Made by a program: the position numbers and the translations under genes. DNA of 64,000 nucleotides, taken from assembly GCA_964532285.1 (NCBI GenBank), contig CAZHHB010000003.1:3626-67625 (forward strand). The letters are read 5' to 3'. Shown piece by piece: positions 38,534 through 47,092 of this stretch. The notes beneath the pieces are model-generated. The model had not been told where the DNA came from and did no database searches. It saw only the letters and a list, made by a program, of their open reading frames with translations. How positions within the stretch are numbered: the stretch's first letter is position 1; every line of letters starts with the position of its first letter. The stretch is from an uncultured Candidatus Saccharibacteria bacterium (GTDB lineage Bacteria > Patescibacteriota > Minisyncoccia > Phycocordibacterales > PALSA-1337).

Positions 38534-38788
38534 ATGGCAACAACCAATTCTGCGTTTATGAAACCTTTGAATGTTAGTCCTGAACTCGCCGTTGTAGTGG
38601 GTAATGGACCAATGCCTAGATCTGAAGTCGTCAAGAAACTCTGGGTTTATATAAAAGGTAAGAATCTACAGGATCCTAAGAATAAGCGTAATATCGTCGC
38701 TGATGAAGCTTTGAAGAAAGTATTCGGCGGTAAAGATGTCGTCAACATGTTCGAGATGACCAAACTTGTATCAAAGCACCTCTCCTAA
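38534..38788 (+). CDS. SWIB/MDM2-domain protein
   Basis: PELAVVVGNGPMPRSEVVKKLWVYIKGKNLQDPKNKRNIVADEALKKVFG matches the SWIB fold consensus. Confidence 0.7.
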   Translation: MATTNSAFMKPLNVSPELAVVVGNGPMPRSEVVKKLWVYIKGKNLQDPKNKRNIVADEALKKVFGGKDVVNMFEMTKLVSKHLS

Positions 38789-38817
38789 TAACTCCAGAGA
38801 TTATCTCATCTACAACA

Positions 38818-38850
38818 TAAATCCCCAGAACACCCTGGGGATTTATGTTT
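38818..38850 (+). terminator. Rho-independent terminator
   Basis: aaatccccag-aacac-cctggggattt + atgtttt. Confidence 0.6.
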
Positions 38851-38885
38851 TGAGGGGAAACACCTGAAGTTATCCACAGTTTTTA

Positions 38886-38915
38886 TTGACTGGTGAACGG
38901 TAGTTCACCTATAAT
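38886..38915 (+). promoter_or_regulatory. SOS promoter: TTGACT - 18 nt spacer containing LexA (Cheo-type) box GAACggtaGTTC - TATAAT
   Basis: TTGACT 38886-38891; GAAC-N4-GTTC 38895-38906; TATAAT 38910-38915. Confidence 0.6.
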
Positions 38916-38942
38916 TGTAATGTACTAGAAAACATTACGAAC

Positions 38943-39146
38943 ATGAGCAAACATCAAACAATAAAAGCTATACGCACCGAGATCGACAGGCTCAACCAAG
39001 AGATTGATCTCAGAATCATTCGTGGTATGTCATATAGGCATCAGTCTCTGCGACACAAGTTCCTGATGCGTCAGCTCGACAGACTCATGCCGAGGAAGTC
39101 TTGGTTTGCCAGACTGCCGAGCCTTGCGTCCGCTTTTATGTTCTAG
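38943..39146 (+). CDS. Small (67 aa) protein co-transcribed with lexA from the SOS promoter
   Basis: ORF begins 28 nt after -10 and ends 3 nt before lexA start. Confidence 0.4.
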   Translation: MSKHQTIKAIRTEIDRLNQEIDLRIIRGMSYRHQSLRHKFLMRQLDRLMPRKSWFARLPSLASAFMF

Positions 39147-39149
39147 GCT

Positions 39150-39716
39150 ATGACTGATAACTACAAAAACAAAATAATCTCTTTTTATAAAAGAACCAAA
39201 CGCATGCCAAGCTATACCGAGATTATGACCATGCTCGGTTTCAAATCCAAGAACGCTGTTTACAAACTGGTCAACAAACTGATCGGTGAGGGTGTCTTAG
39301 ATAAAGATTCTACGGGTAGGCTCATACCGAACAAACTAATTGGCGAAGTACCTCTATTGGGTCTAGTTGAAGCAGGTTTCCCGACACTTGCCGAAGAAGA
39401 CACTACCAATACTCTCAATCTTGATGATTATCTCATTGAGCACAAAGATTCCACATACTTATTACAGGTCAAGGGTGACTCTATGATAGATGCCGGTATA
39501 CAGGAGGGTGATCTTGTTATTGCCGAACGCAAGAACGAGCCCAAAGATGGAGATATTGTGATCGCAGAAGTAGATGGTGGTTGGACCATGAAATATTTCC
39601 GCAAAAAGGGAAGTACAGTGTATTTAGAACCAGCCAATCGTGCTTATAGCCCCATCTATCCTGAGCATGACCTCAAGGTTGCCGCTATCGTCAAAGGGGT
39701 TGTCAGGAAGTATTAA
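39150..39716 (+). CDS. lexA: LexA repressor (S24 peptidase)
   Basis: N-terminal winged HTH; catalytic GDSMIDAGI (Ser) and KYF..KG (Lys) of the S24 autopeptidase. Confidence 0.85.
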   Translation: MTDNYKNKIISFYKRTKRMPSYTEIMTMLGFKSKNAVYKLVNKLIGEGVLDKDSTGRLIPNKLIGEVPLLGLVEAGFPTLAEEDTTNTLNLDDYLIEHKDSTYLLQVKGDSMIDAGIQEGDLVIAERKNEPKDGDIVIAEVDGGWTMKYFRKKGSTVYLEPANRAYSPIYPEHDLKVAAIVKGVVRKY

Positions 39717-39822
39717 TCCTTCGCTCGCTAATCGCGAGCTCAGGATCAAAGCCGAATGGTCCCGAGACTTTATCCCGAATTTATCTCTTTTTTATCAGGA
39801 ATTTATCTTTGTTTGATAGGCT

Positions 39823-40113
39823 GTGATTATTATTAAATTAATAATCACAAATATGTCATTGGAACAAAAAGACCTTGAGATTATAGAGCACTTGATATAC
39901 AAAAACGCCGACGATATTGCCATCTCCATAGCTAGGAGTTTTGAGAGATTGGAAGAGCGTGTAGATTCTATGGAATCACGGCTGTACTCCAGATTATCTG
40001 AACTAGAGGATAGGATAGAAGCTGGTCGCCAGGACACTGCTGATACTTTCGGCGAAATTAGAGATGAGATGCGGGAGATATTCCGTCGGAGAGAGGCGTT
40101 GGAACTTGATTAA
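39823..40113 (+). CDS. Hypothetical coiled-coil protein
   Basis: ORF only. Confidence 0.3.
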   Translation: MIIIKLIITNMSLEQKDLEIIEHLIYKNADDIAISIARSFERLEERVDSMESRLYSRLSELEDRIEAGRQDTADTFGEIRDEMREIFRRREALELD

Positions 40114-41462
40114 ATTCTTTTTATGACGATTCCTTCCGGTGTATCCTTGAGTGTGTATCCACGAGATTCTATCTCAAGACGCAAGGCATCTGCTTTTTCC
40201 CAATCCTTCTCTCTTCGAGCTTCTTCGCGCGCGTCTGCCAGGGCAGTTATTTCTTCAGGAATTGGCTCATTGGTGGCACGAGGTATTGCATCCAATCTCA
40301 AACCGAAAACTCGGTCAAAATCCAATAAAGTTGCCCTTTTGTCAGCCTCCTTTTGGGCAGTATCTTTTATCAATTCCCAGACCAAAGCAATAGCTTTTGG
40401 CATGTCCAAGTCATCATTGATGAAAGCTCTGAAGCGTTCTGTGTAGCTCTCTATAATATGACCGCCCTCTGAATACTCAGATATAGTTGCCATGAGCCTT
40501 ATGAGGGCATTTTGAGCCCCTTTGACCGCTTCTAGGGTGAAGTTCAGGGGTGTGCGATAGTGTGCCGTTAAGAGCCAATAACGATAGGCGAGAGGGGATA
40601 CGAACTCCTGTTCCAGATCTGACATCTTAACAAAATTATTCTTTGACTTTGCCATCTTCTCATCGTTGGCAGTCATGAACCCTCCATGCATCCAATAATG
40701 AACAAATGGTTTGCCTGTGGCCGATTCTGATTGGGCGATTTCATTTGTATGATGTGGAAAGATGAGATCAGATGCACCTGTGTGTATGTCTATTGTAGAT
40801 CCAAGAGCTTTCATTGACATTGCCGAGCACTCTATGTGCCATCCTGGACGACCAGAACCAAATGAAGCATCCCAACTGACATCTTTATCTCCTGGTGTAG
40901 AGAATTTCCACAGAGCGAAGTCGCTAGGATTTTCTTTGTCGTATTCATCATTAGTGATTCGTTCTCGATGAGTGTCGGAAGGTTTGAGATGGGCTAGTTC
41001 TCCATAATTCTTCACTTTAGAAATACTCAAGTACACACCATCTTCCGCTTTGTAAGCGATTCCTTTTTCTAAGAGAGTATCTATGAGCCTTATCATCTCG
41101 TCTATATTTTCTGTGGCGCGCATTACATTATGTGGTCGCAGGATATTCAGAGAAATAGACTCACTCATAAAAAGTTCCTCGTATTTCTTGGTCAATTCTC
41201 CTAGTGGTATTTTTTCCCGATGACTTCTATTGATCGTCTTGTCGTCAACATCAGTGATATTCATGACTTGTTTAACCTTGAGATCATTGTATTCCAGGAC
41301 ACGACGGACGATGTCTGCCATGATAAGGGTACGATAATTGCCAATATGCGGGGTGTCGTAGACAGTGGGTCCGCAGTTATACATAGAGACCTCACCTTCT
41401 TTGATAGGTTTGAAGTCTTCTATCTTGCGTGTCAGAGTATTGTATATTTTTATCGATCCCAT
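40110..41462 (-). CDS. cysS: Cysteinyl-tRNA synthetase
   Basis: CGPTVYDTPHIGNYRT (HIGH) and KMAKSKNN (KMSKS). Confidence 0.9.
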   Translation of the reverse strand: MGSIKIYNTLTRKIEDFKPIKEGEVSMYNCGPTVYDTPHIGNYRTLIMADIVRRVLEYNDLKVKQVMNITDVDDKTINRSHREKIPLGELTKKYEELFMSESISLNILRPHNVMRATENIDEMIRLIDTLLEKGIAYKAEDGVYLSISKVKNYGELAHLKPSDTHRERITNDEYDKENPSDFALWKFSTPGDKDVSWDASFGSGRPGWHIECSAMSMKALGSTIDIHTGASDLIFPHHTNEIAQSESATGKPFVHYWMHGGFMTANDEKMAKSKNNFVKMSDLEQEFVSPLAYRYWLLTAHYRTPLNFTLEAVKGAQNALIRLMATISEYSEGGHIIESYTERFRAFINDDLDMPKAIALVWELIKDTAQKEADKRATLLDFDRVFGLRLDAIPRATNEPIPEEITALADAREEARREKDWEKADALRLEIESRGYTLKDTPEGIVIKRI

Positions 41463-41475
41463 GATAATGTTCTGA

Positions 41476-42399
41476 TTACAGCCATTTCCTCTTTTTGAAA
41501 TAGAACCAAATACCTATTGTCAGGATTGCCATGAACCCGATTATTATCCACCAACCGGATGATCCTTTTATGAGTGGTACTGATATGGCTGGTATGGTGA
41601 ATATTGCAGCAATGAAAGTGATAGGATAGAAGACGAATGAGACCAAGGTCAAGACTTTTATGATTTCATTCTGTTTGGCATTCAATAGAGAATCATTGGT
41701 CCTGCGTAAATCAGCCAAGAGTTCTCTGGCGTTTTTTATCAATTCGTGAATTATATTGAATTCACCACGGATACTCCAGACATATGAATTAAAATCGGCG
41801 CCAAAAAGTTCTTTGGCATCAATCTTGATCATCTTGTCCCAAATATCGCGATGTATACTAGCTGTTTGTTCAATATCTATCAGTTCTCGACTGAGATTGG
41901 ACAAAACTTCTACCATCTTGCGTTCATCACCACTGAAAGTTCTGGTCTCTGCCTCTAATAGAGCGTCTTTGATATTTTCTAGATCGTCTATCATGCCAGA
42001 ATATATCCTCCTCACCATGTAATAGAAAAGCATGCCGGCATGTTCTATCTTCTCATCTTTGTTGAGAATTGAATTGGCGTCAAAGATCTTACCGAAATAT
42101 TCTAGCTGTTCTATGGTATCGGTGCGGGATGTTATGAGGAAATTCTTACCGATCACGAAATCTATCTCTCTATCAGCGATCTCGTAACTGACTCCATTTT
42201 TCACTCGTGTTGGTAATGTCAAAACTACCAATAAATAGTCTTTGTAGAATTCAACTTTGGCTAAAGAAGAAGATCTCTTGAGTTCCTCTCCGACTAGTGG
42301 GTGTAGTCCGTATCTTCTGACCAACCCAGATGCTTCTTCGTCTGTCGGGGATTCTGTATCCAACCAGACTATTCCACTGTATGTGTGTGTTGTAATCAT
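41476..42399 (-). CDS. CorA-like divalent cation transporter (GMN motif not conserved)
   Basis: Cytoplasmic domain plus two C-terminal TM helices; LTLVSFVFYPITFIAAIF region aligns with the CorA TM1 but lacks GMN. Confidence 0.5.
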   Translation of the reverse strand: MITTHTYSGIVWLDTESPTDEEASGLVRRYGLHPLVGEELKRSSSLAKVEFYKDYLLVVLTLPTRVKNGVSYEIADREIDFVIGKNFLITSRTDTIEQLEYFGKIFDANSILNKDEKIEHAGMLFYYMVRRIYSGMIDDLENIKDALLEAETRTFSGDERKMVEVLSNLSRELIDIEQTASIHRDIWDKMIKIDAKELFGADFNSYVWSIRGEFNIIHELIKNARELLADLRRTNDSLLNAKQNEIIKVLTLVSFVFYPITFIAAIFTIPAISVPLIKGSSGWWIIIGFMAILTIGIWFYFKKRKWL

Positions 42400-42496
42400 G
42401 AGGATATTATAGCGCCAAGCGAGGATTCGTGGAAGCTCGCTTACACAGAATCCGAGCGCAGGCGATATATGAGCGAAGCGAATATAGCGTCTTTAT

Positions 42497-43750
42497 TTGC
42501 TCAACACTACTCGTTTATGCAATAATACCTTCACTATGAATTTTCAGAACAAGAAATTGGCGTACCTATTATTCGGTTTGCCTATAGGCATTTTTCTTTT
42601 GCTGATAGGTGTATACATCGGTAGGCACGAAAAGCCCACTGCTGATTTTTCATCTTTGAATAACACCGAGGTTGTTAGCAAGGAACAGTTCTCGGCCTTT
42701 TGGAAGGCCTGGCAAATTCTCGATGAGAAATTTGTCACTGCTACCAGTACTAGTCCACAGAGTAGGGTATATGGTGCCATTCAGGGACTAGCCGCATCAT
42801 ACGGAGATCCTTATACCGTATTCTTTCCACCAGTAGAATCCAAGATTTTCCAAGATGACATTTCTGGCGCGGGTTTCGAGGGTGTCGGTATGGAGATTGG
42901 TATAAAGAACAAGCAACTCCAAGTAGTATCTCCTCTCAAAGATAGTCCGGCTTTCAAGGCGGGAGTCAAGGCTGGTGATTACATTCTATCTATAAACGGG
43001 ACTTCAACTTCAGGGATGAGTACTGATGCCGCTGTGAAGTTGATCCGTGGCCCAAAGGGGACAAAGGTCATTATCAATTTTTTGACGCCAGGAGCTACGA
43101 AACCCATCGACAAGACCATAGTTCGTGATCTTATAAACATACCAGTTCTGGATAGTTCAGAAAGACCGGGAGGCATCTTTGTTATCAGACTTTACAGCTT
43201 CACTTCCAAATCAGCGGATCTGTTCCGTAATGCATTGCGTCAGTTTGTCTCTTCGGGAGATCACAAACTGATCTTGGATCTACGTGGCAATCCAGGTGGG
43301 TATTTGGATGCTGCTTGGGATATGGCTTCATGGTTCCTGCCAGCAGGGAAGGTTGTCGTCACAGAGGATTTCGGCAACAATCGTGAGCCTATTATATACA
43401 GGAGTAAGGGCTACAATATATTTAATGACAACCTGCAGATGCTCATCCTGGTAGACAATGGTTCAGCTTCAGCTTCGGAAATATTGGCAGGGGCTTTGGC
43501 AGAACAGGGGATAGCGAAACTGGTAGGCATGAAGACTTTTGGCAAGGGTTCAGTTCAAGAATTAGTCTCAGTGACTCCCGATACATCACTCAAGGTCACT
43601 GTAGCTAGATGGCTTACTCCGAAGGGGCACAATTTGTCACACGACGGTCTGGAACCAGATTATCCGGTAACGATTACAGACAAGGACATTACCGCTGGTA
43701 AAGATGTTATCATGGAGAAGGCAGTTGAGCTTATGAATTCACGACCGTAG
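42497..43750 (+). CDS. Carboxyl-terminal processing protease (S41, CtpA-like)
   Basis: N-terminal TM, PDZ domain, LDLRGNPGGYLD and catalytic Ser/Lys region. Confidence 0.8.
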   Translation: MLNTTRLCNNTFTMNFQNKKLAYLLFGLPIGIFLLLIGVYIGRHEKPTADFSSLNNTEVVSKEQFSAFWKAWQILDEKFVTATSTSPQSRVYGAIQGLAASYGDPYTVFFPPVESKIFQDDISGAGFEGVGMEIGIKNKQLQVVSPLKDSPAFKAGVKAGDYILSINGTSTSGMSTDAAVKLIRGPKGTKVIINFLTPGATKPIDKTIVRDLINIPVLDSSERPGGIFVIRLYSFTSKSADLFRNALRQFVSSGDHKLILDLRGNPGGYLDAAWDMASWFLPAGKVVVTEDFGNNREPIIYRSKGYNIFNDNLQMLILVDNGSASASEILAGALAEQGIAKLVGMKTFGKGSVQELVSVTPDTSLKVTVARWLTPKGHNLSHDGLEPDYPVTITDKDITAGKDVIMEKAVELMNSRP

Positions 43751-43755
43751 ATAGT

Positions 43756-43780
43756 TTGTCCAAGGTCCGACCTTGGACAA
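43756..43780. repeat. Perfect 12-bp-arm palindrome ttgtccaaggtc-c-gaccttggacaa, variant of the CCAAGATCCGATCTTGG family
   Basis: Lies between ctpA stop and rplI start. Confidence 0.5.
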
Positions 43781-43809
43781 AATATTCATTTATTAAATAA
43801 AAAATACAA

Positions 43810-44253
43810 ATGAAAGTCATTCTACTCAAAGATGTCGCCAAGTTAGGTAGGAAGTATGATGTGAAGGAAGTGTCTAGTGGTCATGCTATAAATCTACTCA
43901 TTCCACAGGGATTGGTTGTTTCAGCTACACCTGAAGCTTTGAAGCGTTTTGAACTAGAAAAAGCCAAGATGGTAGGTGAAAAGAAAGTACATGAGGATCT
44001 ATTAGCCAAGAATATAAAAGATCTGGAAGATGTCACCTTGAAGATTTCCGGTAAAGCCAATGAAAAGGGACACCTCTTTGCAGGTATTCATAAAGAAGAG
44101 ATTGTCGCAGAATTATTGAAACAGACACAGTTACGAGTTGACCCGACATTTATTGTCATGGAACATCCATTAAAGGAAGTGGGGGAGTTTGTTATTGAAG
44201 TGAAGGGGGGTGGGAAGACAGCAAAACTGAAGGTGGTAGTCAGTAAGCAGTAG
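43810..44253 (+). CDS. rplI: 50S ribosomal protein L9
   Basis: MKVILLKDVAKLGRKYDVKEVSSGHAINLLIPQGLVV. Confidence 0.85.
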   Translation: MKVILLKDVAKLGRKYDVKEVSSGHAINLLIPQGLVVSATPEALKRFELEKAKMVGEKKVHEDLLAKNIKDLEDVTLKISGKANEKGHLFAGIHKEEIVAELLKQTQLRVDPTFIVMEHPLKEVGEFVIEVKGGGKTAKLKVVVSKQ

Positions 44254-44261
44254 TTTGTAAA

Positions 44262-44296
44262 CAAAAATTGCCCCGAGCTTATCGGGGCAATTTTCT
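44262..44296. terminator. Bidirectional rho-independent terminator between rplI and rpmA
   Basis: ttgccccga-gctt-atcggggcaa + tttt. Confidence 0.6.
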
Positions 44297-44300
44297 ATAC

Positions 44301-44573
44301 TTATATCACATGCACGATCTTCCTTCGAATGATGTCGTTATTGAAACCGAGTTTTCTCTTTGAACTAAATGAAACCTTGCCTTCTTTGAGAGCCAAGAGG
44401 GTATAATCTTTGCCTACTGAGACATTCCTGCCAGGAAGGACGGTTGTACCACGTTGGCGGACGATGATCTGACCAGGCATGATGTGCTGACCATGGTTAA
44501 CCTTAACCCCCAGATATTTTGGGTTTGAGTCTCTTCCGTTTTTGGTTGTACCTGCCGCTTTTTTATGAGCCAT
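44301..44573 (-). CDS. rpmA: 50S ribosomal protein L27
   Basis: [24 protein letters not shown]... canonical L27 N-terminus. Confidence 0.9.
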   Translation of the reverse strand: MAHKKAAGTTKNGRDSNPKYLGVKVNHGQHIMPGQIIVRQRGTTVLPGRNVSVGKDYTLLALKEGKVSFSSKRKLGFNNDIIRRKIVHVI

Positions 44574-44825
44574 GGTGGTTGATTAATGAAGTTATTGAAT
44601 TAGATGAATAGTCTAGCATAAGGCTCAAAAAAGCTCAAGATTAGAGGGCTCCCGCATAGTCATTCCTATAGAACGGCTCTGATTAGCCCTATTTTAGGTG
44701 TAAAATACGGCTCTGTTGAGCCGTATTATAGCATTAAAGGGCTTGACTTTATAGACCAGAGGTGCTAGACTATATGTACAAGTGAGTTATAAGGACACCA
44801 TGTCTAAGTAACTCGCTTTTTAATT

Positions 44826-45293
44826 ATGATTGAACTTACAACTGGCGTGGTCTTCCTTATGTCATCCATGTATGGATCGGCCCAGGGAGCAAACCACAGC
44901 AAAGCGATTGCAAATCATGTATTCTCAGAGGATCAGGTAGCAGCAGTAGTTGAAAGCTCATTTATAGAAACAAATACTCCAGAGGCTATGGAAGCATATC
45001 TCCGCAAGGAATTTGCTGACAGGCCTATATTGGTAGAGATTGCCCGTTGCGAATCAAATTTCAAACAGTTTGACGAAAACGGCCTCGTCGTCCATGGACG
45101 CGTTGACTCCAGAGACATCGGTCTCATGCAGATCAACGAACACTATCAGGGTGATACTGCCAAGAAGCTTGGTCTTGATCTATACACATTAGAAGGTAAC
45201 ATGGAGTATGCTGAGCATCTATATGATGAACAGGGTACAAAACCATGGAATGCTTCATCTAAGTGTTGGAATAAGGATCTTGCTAGGAAGTAA
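44826..45293 (+). CDS. Putative secreted lysozyme/transglycosylase-like domain protein
   Basis: IARCESNFKQFDENG...GLMQINEHY resembles transglycosylase-like motifs; followed by terminator ~45350-45385. Confidence 0.3.
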   Translation: MIELTTGVVFLMSSMYGSAQGANHSKAIANHVFSEDQVAAVVESSFIETNTPEAMEAYLRKEFADRPILVEIARCESNFKQFDENGLVVHGRVDSRDIGLMQINEHYQGDTAKKLGLDLYTLEGNMEYAEHLYDEQGTKPWNASSKCWNKDLARK

Positions 45294-45539
45294 TTGAGCT
45301 CAAACTCAACTACGCATTAACTATTATTAGGTATCAGAAAAGTTATAGAAACAAAAGCCCCAAGCCTAAAAGTGAGGGGCTTTTGTGTTGGGAGGGTATT
45401 CGAAAATAGGTCTCTAAATTCAATGGTGTAAGTCCTAATGTCGTACAACTAAGGATGACTTCCTAGTAGATTTCAATGATGAATTGATGAAGATTATTGA
45501 CAAAGTTCAGGATTGATAATAGTATACAATTGAACAAAA

Positions 45540-45863
45540 TTGATCTATATGAAAATACTAAAAAAGGTTGCATTGGCTGATCCCATAAGGATAGCTGGGA
45601 AGCGTCTTGTGTGTTCAGCTTGTAAAGCAGAATTTGAGCTGGAAGTAAGCGATGGGTCGTCAATCAGGGAAGCTGTTCTTCTTGAAACAAAGGCCACACC
45701 GCAAAATCGAGGTCTTCACATGATGAGACAATTGGTGATAACTTGTCCGAATTGTTATCACGATGTTCCTCTGGATGACCGGCTTCGACAATTCGAGTCT
45801 CAGTGGAAATGCATTTCGAGCTCGACAGGCGGTTATTCACAAATGGGGGGATTGCTTGGATAG
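45540..45863 (+). CDS. Hypothetical protein with CxxC...CxxC zinc-ribbon
   Basis: CSACK ... CPNCYH. Confidence 0.3.
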   Translation: MIYMKILKKVALADPIRIAGKRLVCSACKAEFELEVSDGSSIREAVLLETKATPQNRGLHMMRQLVITCPNCYHDVPLDDRLRQFESQWKCISSSTGGYSQMGGLLG

Positions 45864-46435
45864 AGGCTTTTGGAATCAGAGAGCTGGCGTACAAATGATA
45901 ATGTCGTCGGCTTTTTTTTACCAAAAAATCATATCGCAGTAAACAAACTGTGTAAGATATACAGCACCACAAACAATCTAGGAAGTCCAAAAAAACTTGC
46001 AGGACTGATATTTTGAGTTATATAATCACGGCAGGTCTTTAAAATACTGGCGGGAACGAGTGGGGGACCTGTTTTGGTTTAGGAGTTAATCTTCTTCAGC
46101 TTCCCCTTCAGGGTTTTTATGAATCTTGGAGGGGAAGTCTGTAAGAGTCGAACTTCCTAATTATAAGCCAAACAGAAAAATCCATATATGGGCAAAAAAC
46201 AGGCGGCGAACCGCAAAGTTACTGTTCACTGGATTGCTCTCTCAAACCTTAAAAATCTTAAGGTGAAGCGTCACGGATACATCGCTGGATGTCTATACAT
46301 CCCCTATGTCATCACGGACGATGGTCAGATGTACTTCGTAAAGAGGAATGTCTAACCTTCGCAGAACAATCTATATTCTCGTCAGTATTTTGAAGATCTA
46401 TTACTTTTCATAATCCTATCCTCTATACTTTTAAT

Positions 46436-46473
46436 GTCATTAGAAAACGCCAACCTGTGTGGCGTTTTCCTTT
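46436..46473. repeat. 38-bp perfect direct repeat (copy 1) containing a 9-bp-stem hairpin
   Basis: gtcattagaaaacgccaacctgtgtggcgttttccttt; identical copy at 51776-51813. Confidence 0.9.
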
Positions 46474-46475
46474 TG

Positions 46476-46499
46476 TTGACTTCTAAAATATGATATAAT
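46476..46499 (+). promoter_or_regulatory. Promoter-like element: TTGACT and extended -10 TGaTATAAT, with a 12-nt spacer (short of the canonical ~17 nt)
   Basis: Immediately downstream of hairpin repeat copy 1; ~600 nt upstream of the Dcm gene. Confidence 0.4.
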
Positions 46500-47092
46500 A
46501 TTGGTAGTGCTCTTATCTCTTCGGAGTACGATAGTGGAAAGAAGGGGGTCAGCATTCGAACAAAATGCTTTTGAAATATTTAGTGGTAAGCATTTTGGGG
46601 AAGGAAACTTCTCCAAGGTCAAACTTGAGGGTTAACTCCCAGAGTGCTGACCACTGAATAATTCTGAAGCACAAGTCCGAGGTGGTTTATAAGATTAATT
46701 TTGGGTGGGAAATATAGTCTGAACTTCGACCAGCGGAATCATCAGCCGTGACGACCTACACCTCAGTAGGTAAAGGCATTATACAGATGGTTAATTCAAC
46801 GAGCCATGTCAGAAAGACAATCCAGGCTCGCCGGACGTAATAAACTTGGCCAATTCGAGGAACTCGAAAAGGCAAAGGAGAAGAAGAGCTCGACAGTCGA
46901 GCATCTCGCTCTATCAGGTTACGGCGACGCCAAGAAGGACAAATAGCATTTGTCGCAGGGAAATTGAAAACCGCCCCTGCAAAGCAAGAACGGTTTTCGA
47001 TCAAATGTAAGTATTCTTACAAGCAAGACATCCTGAAGGGGTGTTTTGCTTTTTAATTATACCTTACAGAATTTGTACCTTATCAGACGTCT

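Noticed and set aside
41476-42399. Calling this a canonical CorA Mg2+ channel
   Set aside because: GMN signature is not conserved (IPA in its place), so annotated only as CorA-like
46500-46800. tmRNA downstream of the promoter-like element at 46476-46499 (gggggtcagcattcgaac resembles a tmRNA 5' end)
   Set aside because: No tRNA-like 3' end, and no tag reading frame ending in an ALAA-type peptide
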